Part shown: piece after piece, positions 42,633-51,461 of the stretch
How the letters are laid out: each line of letters starts with the position of its first letter
Position numbering within the stretch: position 1 is the stretch's first letter
NCBI GenBank assembly: GCA_903927345.1
Contig: CAIYMO010000032.1
Location: 23,758 to 87,757 of the forward strand
Length of the DNA stretch: 64,000 bases
Source of the DNA: an uncultured Armatimonadetes bacterium
GTDB taxonomy: Bacteria > Armatimonadota > Fimbriimonadia > Fimbriimonadales > Fimbriimonadaceae
Reading direction: 5' to 3'
Translations under genes and position numbers: made by a program
Notes under the pieces: generated by a model
Seen by the model: the letters and a program-made list of their open reading frames with translations, nothing else
Told to the model about the DNA's origin: nothing
Database searches by the model: none

Positions 42633-45443
42633 ATGACAAAGTTGTCACGACGTGACCTCCTGGGCGCGGCAGCAATCGCCCCACTCACAACCCAATCTCG
42701 TGCGACCGGCGTGCCGAATCTTATCAAGCGGGATGCGCCAGAGGTGTATTCGGGTAGAGAATTGGAATACATCGGGATGCCGGTGGGAGGCTGCTTTGCC
42801 GGTACCGTCTATCTCGGCGGCGACGGACAGCTTTGGAACTGGGACATTTTTAACCGAGGTCAAGTCGGGACCGTAACGCAAAGCGGTGTGGTGTTCATGG
42901 GGGATAACCTTCGGGAGCAAGATGGTGCGAACTACGTCCGACCTCCCCATCAACAGAGCCCTTTCCGACAACGGTTTGATCTATTCGTAGAAGACGATAA
43001 GCAGCCCAATCGAGCCATCCCCACCGGATTGGGCGTCAAGTTTGGAAAGGTCTCATTCCGAGGCGAGTATCCCGTCGGAAAGGTGAAGTACCGAGGTGCG
43101 GATCACGAAGTCGAAATGGACCTAGAGGCCTTCTCTCCGTTCATTCCTCTCGACATTGATCGATCCTCCTACCCGGCAACGACAATGACCTACACGGTCA
43201 AGAACACAGGAACAAAAACAGAGTCCTACCGACTTGTCTATGCCTTCGATAACCCGGTTTTGGTGTACTCGAAGCGTAACCGCAGCGACTTCAATCTCGA
43301 GGCCAAGGTGAATGACCACGGTGTTCTTGCCCTCGCCACAAAGAAGTCGAGCCTTTCTTCGAATCGCCCCGATGTGTTGGTCGAGGACTGGTCCTCTGGC
43401 ACCTATGGCACGTGGGCCGCATCTGGAACCGCTTTTGGCAACAAGCCTCGACGCGTGAGCGAACTTCCCTCATACATGGGCTCCGTCGATGCAGGAACTG
43501 AGTTTGTGGTGAACAGCCACCAGAACCGCAACGGTGAGGACGTGGTGGTTGCCGACCAGCACGTCGGAACGCTTACTTCTGCGCCATTCTCAGCGACTCA
43601 CGACTATCTGAATATCCGTGTCGGGGGAGGCTCCGGCTGCCGAATCTTCGTGATGGGTCATCCCGAGCTGGCTGTCTCAGGCGATAACTCGAACAGAATG
43701 GTTTGGAAGGCAATTCCCATCGCGAAACTGCGTGGAAAGAGCATCCAACTTGTTATTGAGGACACCGTACGGGGCGGTTGGGGCCAAATCGGGGTTGGAG
43801 AAATCTATCAGTCCGACACTGTTCGGGGCGGTCGATCTTTGGAGGGGTTGCAAGATTTTGGCTCGTTCGCCGTTGAAGTTCTCGACGGTGCAAAAACCGT
43901 AGTCCAAGGTGACGAAATTCGTGTGGAGAAGTCTTTCACCCTTGCCCCAGGCGAAACACGAGAAGTGACCTTCTTGATTGGTTGGAACTTCCCAAACAGG
44001 CCCGACGGTCTGCCAGGAACCCGCCACTGGTATGCCACCCGCTGGCAAAATGCCTCCGAAACTCTCGCCGACATCCGCCGCAACTTTTCCGATCTAAGAG
44101 ACAAAACGCGGCTCTGGAATCGAACTTGGTACAACTCCACGTTGCCCCACTGGTTCCTCGACAGGACGTTTTTGAACTTGGGCACATTGGCGACCACCAC
44201 GTGCTACCGATTCGACAAAGAGGGGCGCTTCTACTTCAGTGAGGGAATTGGTTGTTGTGCCGGAACCTGCACCCACGTTTGGGGATACGCCCAAGCAATC
44301 GCCTACATCTTTCCGCAAGTCGAGCGATTCCTTCGATCGGAGATTGACTTTGGACGATTCATCCGGTCAAACGGTGCGATTGATTACCGGGGTGAGTACG
44401 CAGCTTCGGTAGCCCACGACGGACAGGCATCCTGCATCCTGCGCTTCTACCGGGAGCATCAAATGTCGGCGGATGGCAAGTTCCTCAAGAGCCGGTACAA
44501 AGAGGTCAAATCGGCTTTGGAGTTCCTTATTCGGGAGGACAAGGATCAGGACGGACTTCTCGAAGGAGCCCAATACAACACACTTGATGCCGCATGGTTC
44601 GGGAAGATGGCGTGGATCAGCTCGCTGTACATCGCCGCTCTCAGGGCAGGCGAAGCGATGGCCAAAGAGATGGGCGACACGTCCTTTGAGGCGAAGTGCC
44701 GCGAGATGGCGGAGAAGGGTTCGTCCAACATGGTCAAAGAACTCTACAACGGCGAGTACTTCATTCACAAACCGGACGCCAATCACCCCGAAGCGAATAA
44801 CACGAACGACGGATGTCACATTGATCAGCTGTACGGCCAGTTCTGGGCGCACCAGCTTGGTCTTCCCCGTGTTGTCCCCCAGCGAGAGGGCAAGCGAGCG
44901 ATGGCGGCGTTGTTCAAACACAGTTTCCAGCCCGATGTCTGGGAATATCGGCGCAAGGTTAGAGGAATCACTGGCGGACGCTGGTACGCGATGCCCGGTG
45001 AAGGCGGTCTCATCATGTGCACCTTCCCGAGAGGCGGCGCAGATCGGGCGACCGGCAAAGGAGGAGATAGCTGGGCCGCCGCTTATTTCAACGAATGCAT
45101 GAGCGGGTTTGAATACCAGGCTGCCGCAAACATGATCCACGAAGGACTTGTTGATGAAGGCCTCACCGTGGTTCGGGCGATCCACGACCGATACCACCCG
45201 TCTCTGCGCAATCCTTACAACGAAGTCGAATGTAGCGACCACTACGGGCGGGCAATGGCGTCGTTCGGCTGCTACCTCGCTCTCACTGGTATGCAGATCA
45301 ATTCACCTTCGGATGTATTCAGTCTCTCACCTAAAAGTAAGGGACCCCTCACCTGCGCGTTTGTCGACGGATCTGGATGGGGAACCGCCAAATATGAAGG
45401 TGGAAAAGCCACCCGCGAGTACGCCTACAAAGTCCCCGTTTAG
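42633..45443 (+). CDS. Tat-exported GH116-like glycoside hydrolase (GBA2_N + DUF608 catalytic domain) with an inserted jelly-roll domain
   Basis: Twin-arginine signal MTKLSRRDLLGAAAIAPL. GMPVGGCFAGTVYLGGDGQLWNWDIFN (GBA2_N). FSEGIGCCAGTCTHVWGYAQA (DUF608 core). Insert at about aa 249-395. Confidence 0.85.
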   Translation: MTKLSRRDLLGAAAIAPLTTQSRATGVPNLIKRDAPEVYSGRELEYIGMPVGGCFAGTVYLGGDGQLWNWDIFNRGQVGTVTQSGVVFMGDNLREQDGANYVRPPHQQSPFRQRFDLFVEDDKQPNRAIPTGLGVKFGKVSFRGEYPVGKVKYRGADHEVEMDLEAFSPFIPLDIDRSSYPATTMTYTVKNTGTKTESYRLVYAFDNPVLVYSKRNRSDFNLEAKVNDHGVLALATKKSSLSSNRPDVLVEDWSSGTYGTWAASGTAFGNKPRRVSELPSYMGSVDAGTEFVVNSHQNRNGEDVVVADQHVGTLTSAPFSATHDYLNIRVGGGSGCRIFVMGHPELAVSGDNSNRMVWKAIPIAKLRGKSIQLVIEDTVRGGWGQIGVGEIYQSDTVRGGRSLEGLQDFGSFAVEVLDGAKTVVQGDEIRVEKSFTLAPGETREVTFLIGWNFPNRPDGLPGTRHWYATRWQNASETLADIRRNFSDLRDKTRLWNRTWYNSTLPHWFLDRTFLNLGTLATTTCYRFDKEGRFYFSEGIGCCAGTCTHVWGYAQAIAYIFPQVERFLRSEIDFGRFIRSNGAIDYRGEYAASVAHDGQASCILRFYREHQMSADGKFLKSRYKEVKSALEFLIREDKDQDGLLEGAQYNTLDAAWFGKMAWISSLYIAALRAGEAMAKEMGDTSFEAKCREMAEKGSSNMVKELYNGEYFIHKPDANHPEANNTNDGCHIDQLYGQFWAHQLGLPRVVPQREGKRAMAALFKHSFQPDVWEYRRKVRGITGGRWYAMPGEGGLIMCTFPRGGADRATGKGGDSWAAAYFNECMSGFEYQAAANMIHEGLVDEGLTVVRAIHDRYHPSLRNPYNEVECSDHYGRAMASFGCYLALTGMQINSPSDVFSLSPKSKGPLTCAFVDGSGWGTAKYEGGKATREYAYKVPV

Positions 45444-45973
45444 GGATTGAATCGGTGGCTCTCGGGTGCCCAAGGCAGCGGGAATGTCGGCGTTGGGAAG
45501 ATGCTGAGGAGGAAGATCACGATCATGGCACCTACGAGCGCCAAGATCTTCCTCAGCTTGGTCCAAGACGTGTGGAAGAACGCGACATAGATTCCTATTC
45601 CGATCCAGTCGATCAACACATCGCTCATCCTTCCACCCCTTCCCGCAACGTAGACCTGATGCAGTTCATCGAAAAGGGCGTAGGCAGCGGCAACTCCCGC
45701 CGCCCACTGAAGTCCTTTGGGCTTGGTTGAGAGCACTTTGTACAGGAGCCAAGCGAGCAGAGCGAACTCTGTCGCGTGCCAGCCCTTCACGAAAATCCAC
45801 CAGACTGATTTCCAGACTGACTCAAATCCGGCTTGGGAAACACTAACTGGCCCGGATACTTTGGCAACAGCGCCAGAGAGCTGGCGGATCGTCACAACTC
45901 CGCTGGAAGTGGCAAAGATGAAGCCCGCCCAAAGCAATGCTCCCCAATATTGCGGTTTTCTCTCCTGCGCCAC
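45440..45973 (-). CDS. VanZ family membrane protein
   Basis: Four to five TM segments and the FDELHQ motif typical of VanZ-like proteins. Confidence 0.8.
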   Translation of the reverse strand: MAQERKPQYWGALLWAGFIFATSSGVVTIRQLSGAVAKVSGPVSVSQAGFESVWKSVWWIFVKGWHATEFALLAWLLYKVLSTKPKGLQWAAGVAAAYALFDELHQVYVAGRGGRMSDVLIDWIGIGIYVAFFHTSWTKLRKILALVGAMIVIFLLSIFPTPTFPLPWAPESHRFNP

Positions 45974-45994
45974 GGTAGTTGCATTCTATCATTC

Positions 45995-46966
45995 ATGCCC
46001 CCACGCGGTAATCTCGGCAGACGCATGGGACACGTCCGGCCAACCGATGAACAGTTTTTCCGCACCATGATCCGGTTGCGGCACGTGGAGAAGGCGCTCT
46101 CTGACCTGTCTGCAAGCGGTCAGCTTCGAGGTTCGCTCCACCTTTGCGAAGGCCAGGAGGCCTGTCCTGCCGGAGCTTGTGCCGCTCTGGAGAAAGAGGA
46201 TTACTTAACGGCAACCTATCGGGGGCACGGCTATGTGCTGGCAAAAGGGACCTCTCTGGATAAGCTGATCGCCGAAGTACTTGGTCGCTCAACGGGGCTC
46301 TGCAAGGGCAAGGGTGGCAAGATGCACCTGTTCGATCAGGAATTCGGTGTTCTCGGTACCAACGGCATCGTTGGCGCTGGTGTGGGAACGGCTTGCGGTG
46401 CCGCACTCGCCTCGAAACTGGACGGGACCAACCGCGTCGCAATGACGGTCTTCGGGGACGGAGCGAATAACCAAGGGCACTTGATGGAATGCTGGAATAT
46501 GGCGGTTTTGTACAAGTTGCCCGTCATTTTCTTCTGCGAAAACAATCTCTATTCAGAAATGACACCGCTATCGCGCTCGCACGGAAACATCAATCTGTCA
46601 GAGCGGGCGCGTGGCTTTGGTCTCCACACGGAATCGGTAAACGGTAACGATCCGCACGCCGTGTTCGAAGTCGTCTCAAAAACCGCTGATCGGGCTCGCC
46701 AAGGTCAGGGGCCAACGTTTATCGAAGCAATGACCTACCGAACGACAGGTCACTATCAAGCCGACTCAGGAACGGCGTACCGCACAAAGGAGGAAGTAGA
46801 GGACTGGCGATCAAGGTCGCCGATACTCCTCCTGAAACAAAGAATTGGAGCGATAGCCGAGGAGATTGAAGCCGAAGAACTCGCCATCGTCCAGGCATCG
46901 GTTACAAAAGCACTGTCGGAGCCAACTCCCAATCCGAATCAGGCGATGACGGAGGTGTTCGCATGA
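45995..46966 (+). CDS. Thiamine-diphosphate-dependent dehydrogenase E1 component, alpha subunit
   Basis: TPP motif GDGANNQG...ENNLYS, and YRGHG. Start is ATG 45995, or alternatively 46025. The ORF-track start at 45833 overlaps vanZ. Confidence 0.88.
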   Translation: MPPRGNLGRRMGHVRPTDEQFFRTMIRLRHVEKALSDLSASGQLRGSLHLCEGQEACPAGACAALEKEDYLTATYRGHGYVLAKGTSLDKLIAEVLGRSTGLCKGKGGKMHLFDQEFGVLGTNGIVGAGVGTACGAALASKLDGTNRVAMTVFGDGANNQGHLMECWNMAVLYKLPVIFFCENNLYSEMTPLSRSHGNINLSERARGFGLHTESVNGNDPHAVFEVVSKTADRARQGQGPTFIEAMTYRTTGHYQADSGTAYRTKEEVEDWRSRSPILLLKQRIGAIAEEIEAEELAIVQASVTKALSEPTPNPNQAMTEVFA

Positions 46967-47928
46967 GCAAGATGTCATTCGTCCAAGCGTGCAACGCGGG
47001 CCTGCGACAAGAACTTCATCGTGATCCCAGTGTCTTCCTGATGGGCGAGGATATTGCTCACTACGGAGGTATGTTCCGTGTTACCGAAGGGCTCTTGGAG
47101 ACCTTTGGAGAGAACCGAGTCATCGACACCCCGATCAGCGAATCAGGGTTTATGGGAATGGCGCTCGGTGCCGCACTTGCTGGAAAGCGTCCCGTCGCCG
47201 AGCTCATGTTCATCGACTTCGGATTGGTCGCAATGGACCAGATTCTGAACAATATTGCAAAGACTCACTACATGAGCGGCGGTAGCTGCCCTGTCCCGAT
47301 GACCATCATCACTCAGGGTGGAGGCTATCGAGGTGCGGCGGCTCAGCATAGCCAAATGCTCGAAGCCCTGTTCCTTCACTTGCCAGGAATCAAAGTGGTT
47401 CTACCTTCCAATCCCGCCGATGCGAAGGGATTGATGGCGGCGGCGATTCGTGATGATAACCCGGTGGTCTTCATCGGTCACAAACAACTCTTTGGCAAGC
47501 AAGGAGAAGTTCCAGATGGCGAGCATTTCATCCCACTCGGTACATCTAATGTGGTTCAGAAGGGTTCCGAAGTTACCATTCTGACTTACTCGTTCACAGT
47601 TGATCTTGCTCTGAAAGCCGCGGAAGCTTTCCCCGGAAAGGTCGAAGTCGTTGACCTGAGAACCCTCAATCCTCTGGACTGGGAAACGATTTCTGCATCG
47701 GTAAGCAAGACCCACCGCGTCATGATTGCCCACGAAGCGCATGGTCGGTGCTCGGTCGCATCGGATCTAGCTGGTCAGATCCAGCATCGCCTCTTTGATG
47801 AACTCGATGCGCCTATCGAAATCGTCTCTGCGCTGGATGCTCCGATTCCATTCGCCCTCGAACTTGAAAACGAAGTGCTTCCCACCGCAACGCGAATCGA
47901 AGCGAAGCTCCGGGAGATGTTGGCGTAA
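46963..47928 (+). CDS. E1 component beta subunit (transketolase-like pyrimidine-binding and C-terminal domains)
   Basis: VFLMGEDIAHYGG(M)F, DTPISESGF(M)G. ATGA overlap with the alpha subunit. Confidence 0.92.
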   Translation: MSKMSFVQACNAGLRQELHRDPSVFLMGEDIAHYGGMFRVTEGLLETFGENRVIDTPISESGFMGMALGAALAGKRPVAELMFIDFGLVAMDQILNNIAKTHYMSGGSCPVPMTIITQGGGYRGAAAQHSQMLEALFLHLPGIKVVLPSNPADAKGLMAAAIRDDNPVVFIGHKQLFGKQGEVPDGEHFIPLGTSNVVQKGSEVTILTYSFTVDLALKAAEAFPGKVEVVDLRTLNPLDWETISASVSKTHRVMIAHEAHGRCSVASDLAGQIQHRLFDELDAPIEIVSALDAPIPFALELENEVLPTATRIEAKLREMLA

Positions 47929-48635
47929 TGCTCGCGCTGGTCACTGGGGCGGCGCAAGGGATTGGCAAGGCGATCGCCGATAAGCTGCGCCAAGACGGTC
48001 ACCAAGTGATCGGAGTCGATCGGCAAGCTGGTGTCGAAGCGCAACTTGATCTCACCGACCTAGAAGGCATTCCGGCGTTCATTGATCAGCTTCCAGAATG
48101 CCCGCAAATCTTGGTCAACGCCGCCGGAATCTGCCTGACCCGTCCGTTCTTTGAGGTTGAGCAACCTGGCTTTGCTAGGATGCAGACGATCAACGTTCAA
48201 GCACCCCTGGTGCTCATTCAATCCGTTGCGGCGCGCCTGGTCAAAGAAGGCAAAAGTGGCTCGTTCGTCAACATCACCAGCAATTCCGCGTTCATGCCCA
48301 AGCTTGAGCAATTGGACTACGCCGCCACCAAAGCCGCGCTGATCTCGATCACCAAATCTGCTGCTCTGAGCCTCGGTCCCCACGGAATCCGCGTTAATGC
48401 CGTAGCGCCTGGAATCACGAATACTCCGCTCACTCAAGGCATCGCCCAACAGCGGGCCGACATTCGGGGCGTTTCTCCTGAGGAAACCCTTGCTCCCGTG
48501 GTCAACGCGCTCCCTCTGAAAAGAATGGCGGAACCTCATGAGATCGCCGAAGTAATCGCTTTTCTCGCCTCCGACGCCGCAAGCTATGTCACTGGACAGA
48601 CCTATGTCGTTGATGGCGGGCAATGGATGAGATAA
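47928..48635 (+). CDS. Short-chain dehydrogenase/reductase
   Basis: LVTGAAQGIGKAIA cofactor motif and YAATKAAL YxxxK. TAATG junction with E1 beta. Confidence 0.9.
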   Translation: MLALVTGAAQGIGKAIADKLRQDGHQVIGVDRQAGVEAQLDLTDLEGIPAFIDQLPECPQILVNAAGICLTRPFFEVEQPGFARMQTINVQAPLVLIQSVAARLVKEGKSGSFVNITSNSAFMPKLEQLDYAATKAALISITKSAALSLGPHGIRVNAVAPGITNTPLTQGIAQQRADIRGVSPEETLAPVVNALPLKRMAEPHEIAEVIAFLASDAASYVTGQTYVVDGGQWMR

Positions 48636-48638
48636 GAA

Positions 48639-49148
48639 ATGGCGTTTAATGGACTTTGGCATGCGAGCTTTACCGTCTCGGACATGGAGGCGTCGCTTGA
48701 GTTTTATTGTGGGCTACTCGGAATGGAGCTGCATCACCAGCAGATTCAGCACAACGAGTACACATCCAAGCTGGTCGGCTTCCCGGACGCTCACTTAAAG
48801 GTAGCAATGCTGCGCATTCCTAATGCCTTCGTAGGACCTTCCAATCACCATCTGGAACTTGTAGAGTACGTTCACCCGCGCGGAGAAAAGACGGATGTTA
48901 CAACGAACCGCCCTGGCGCACCCCATCTCGCGTTTATCACCGACGACATTCACACCGATTATGCACGTCTCGCGGCAGCTGGAGTTAGGTTCAAAGCTCC
49001 TGAGCCTGTTGCAATCGAGCAGGGCGTGAACAAAGGCGGATTCACGGTCTACTTCCTGGACCCCGACGATATCACCCTCGAAATGCTGCAACCTCCCGCC
49101 GGTCGCCCATGGGGATCGGTCAACGGTATCGAACTGTCGAAGCCATGA
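48639..49148 (+). CDS. VOC (glyoxalase/bleomycin resistance/dioxygenase) superfamily protein
   Basis: WHASFTVSDMEASLEFYCGLLGMEL ... HLAF ... paired beta-alpha-beta-beta-beta modules typical of the VOC fold. Confidence 0.85.
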   Translation: MAFNGLWHASFTVSDMEASLEFYCGLLGMELHHQQIQHNEYTSKLVGFPDAHLKVAMLRIPNAFVGPSNHHLELVEYVHPRGEKTDVTTNRPGAPHLAFITDDIHTDYARLAAAGVRFKAPEPVAIEQGVNKGGFTVYFLDPDDITLEMLQPPAGRPWGSVNGIELSKP

Positions 49149-50371
49149 CAAAGCTTGTTCTGAGAACTCGAGAGCAGGAGACGTTTGAGAACGCCCTCGC
49201 CTGGCAAATCGAAGACTTCCGAAAGGTCCGGCCCGATATCGAAATCGAAGTAGTCGCCAAGCCGATCAGCGAGCACATGTACGAAATGGTAACCCGTAAA
49301 GGTGCCAGCAACGGAGGAGGCGACCTTTTCTTGTGTTGCACGGACTGGCTGCCAGAAGCCTTCGCAGAAGGACTGATTGAGCCTCTCGACGCATTCGACC
49401 TCCCCGCAGATTGGCCCAGCGGCTGGCATCCCGCCATGCAAAAACTGGTCTATCAACAAGATCGTCTCATCGGGATTCCCTGGCACGATGGTCCCCAGAT
49501 GTTCATCTACATTAAGCACATTTTTGAGGACCCGAGCCACATCGCACAGTTCGAGGCGAAGTATGGCTGGAAGCTGGACGTGCCCAAGACATGGGACCAG
49601 TTCCGCCAAGTTGCCGAGTTCTTCACCCACCCCGAGAACGATGAATGGGGTTGCATCTGCGCGGGCTATACCGACGGTCACAACAATGTCTATGACTTCC
49701 TGATCCAACTCTGGAGCCGAGGTGGAACGCTTCTCGACGCAGACGGCGAGCCGCGATTCCACGAACAGGCCGGCATTGACGGTCTCAACTATCTGCGAGA
49801 TCTCTATCGCGACTTCATGCCCCCCGCTGCTCTCAATCTCGGCAGTGTGGAGGCAGGAGACTACTTTGCGAAAGGGAACGTAGCCATGATGTGGAACTGG
49901 TGTGGCTTCGCTGCTGTGTGTGAAATGCCTGAGTACAGCAACGTGGTAGGCAAAATTGGGCTCGCCCCGTTGCCTGCCGGTCTGAATTCAGTCTCCCTCA
50001 ACATCTATTGGGCGATGACGGTGACTTCAGGGTGCCAGGACAAGGCTGCTGCGTGGGAGTTCATGAAGCACATTAGTCACCCGCACTGCGACAAAGTGAC
50101 GAGCATGGTCGGAGCTAATGGAACGCGGCTCAGCACGTGGCGAGACCCCGAAGTTCAGGCAAAGTATCCGCACTATAAAATTATTGAAGAAGTTCATGGT
50201 CAGACCCTGACCCTCCCGGCAATCCCCGAATACAACCTTGTGAACGATTGCATTTCTGGGGCGGTCGACGCCGTGCTCCATCGGGGATTGGACCCTGCGG
50301 AAATGCTCCAAGCCGCTGCCGATGCGGCCCGAGTTCATCTCGAGATGTCGGGGAGGCTAAAACGGAACTAA
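49145..50371 (+). CDS. Family-1 solute-binding-protein fold protein lacking any signal peptide or lipobox
   Basis: The pattern KLVLRT...FRKVRPDIEIEVV...GDLF...WLPEFAEGLIEPLD...PKTWDQF...GNVAMMWNW is typical of sugar-type SBPs. The N-terminus MTKLVLRTREQ starts directly in the first strand. ATGA overlap with the VOC gene. Confidence 0.8.
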   Translation: MTKLVLRTREQETFENALAWQIEDFRKVRPDIEIEVVAKPISEHMYEMVTRKGASNGGGDLFLCCTDWLPEAFAEGLIEPLDAFDLPADWPSGWHPAMQKLVYQQDRLIGIPWHDGPQMFIYIKHIFEDPSHIAQFEAKYGWKLDVPKTWDQFRQVAEFFTHPENDEWGCICAGYTDGHNNVYDFLIQLWSRGGTLLDADGEPRFHEQAGIDGLNYLRDLYRDFMPPAALNLGSVEAGDYFAKGNVAMMWNWCGFAAVCEMPEYSNVVGKIGLAPLPAGLNSVSLNIYWAMTVTSGCQDKAAAWEFMKHISHPHCDKVTSMVGANGTRLSTWRDPEVQAKYPHYKIIEEVHGQTLTLPAIPEYNLVNDCISGAVDAVLHRGLDPAEMLQAAADAARVHLEMSGRLKRN

Positions 50372-50385
50372 ACCAGCGTCCCCTT

Positions 50386-51408
50386 ATGCCGAAAATGCTC
50401 CGGCCCATCGTGAGTATCGGCGCGGGCGGAATTGTCCAGAACGCTCACTATCCGGCCTACCAAAAGGCTGGATTTCGGGTTGCTAAGACGTTCGACCCCA
50501 ACCCTGACTCTGCAACGAAAGCTGCTCAGATGGTCGGCACTGAAGTCTCCACCAGCCTCGCCTCAGCAGCCGGCGTTGAAGGGGCTGTTTTTGACGTAGC
50601 TATCCCCGGTTCGGCAATTGCTGATACGCTACGTCAGCTCCCGGATGGAGCATTTGTGCTCATCCAAAAGCCCCTCGGCGAGACGCTTGAACAGGCCGAG
50701 CAAATCGTCTCCCTCTGTGACGAAAAGGGTCTGAAAGCCGCCGTAAACTTTCAACTCAGATGGGCGCCATACATGCTCGCCTTACAGGACCTCATCCACA
50801 AAGGAAAACTGGGTGAAACCCACGAGCTAGAGTTCAAGATCAACGTTCACACGCCATGGGCAGAATGGAGCTTCCTCGAAAAGGCCCCCCGCATGGAGAT
50901 GGTCTACCACTCAATCCACTACCTCGACTTCATCCGCCATCTTTGGGGAGAGCCGAGGACGGTTAAAGCGCATTCGATCAAAGACCCAAGCTCTCCAAAG
51001 CTAGAGTCAACAAGGAGCACAATAATCCTTGACTACGGCGATAATCGCCGAGCGCTCGTACAGACCTATCACGGGCATACGGCACCTCCAGGCCACCAAG
51101 AGTCGTACCTGCGGCTCGAGGGCAACGAGGGAGCTGCGTGGGTCCAGATGGGCCTGAACATGAACTATCCCAAAGGGGAGGAAGATCGATTTGAGTATTG
51201 GCAAAGCGGAGACGCTGCATGGACTTCGGTCGAGCTCAGTGGAAGCTGGTTCCCAGATGCATTCGTTGGTCCAATGGCTGCGATGATGATTTGGGCGGAA
51301 GGTGGGCCTGCTCCCTCAACAGAGGTCCACGATGCGTTGCGAACCATGCAACTCGTCGACGCCGCATATCGGAATTCGGATCAACGTGGGACCACACTAG
51401 GTTTCTGA
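50386..51408 (+). CDS. Gfo/Idh/MocA family oxidoreductase
   Basis: N-terminal Rossmann motif IVSIGAGGIVQNAHYPAY, EKP-like motif (IQKPLG), and a C-terminal alpha/beta domain. The ORF-track start at 50248 overlaps the upstream gene. Confidence 0.85.
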   Translation: MPKMLRPIVSIGAGGIVQNAHYPAYQKAGFRVAKTFDPNPDSATKAAQMVGTEVSTSLASAAGVEGAVFDVAIPGSAIADTLRQLPDGAFVLIQKPLGETLEQAEQIVSLCDEKGLKAAVNFQLRWAPYMLALQDLIHKGKLGETHELEFKINVHTPWAEWSFLEKAPRMEMVYHSIHYLDFIRHLWGEPRTVKAHSIKDPSSPKLESTRSTIILDYGDNRRALVQTYHGHTAPPGHQESYLRLEGNEGAAWVQMGLNMNYPKGEEDRFEYWQSGDAAWTSVELSGSWFPDAFVGPMAAMMIWAEGGPAPSTEVHDALRTMQLVDAAYRNSDQRGTTLGF

Positions 51409-51461
51409 CCCAAACGTCCTAATCTGGAACCCCCTACCCCGCAATCCCGTTCCTGAGTAAG

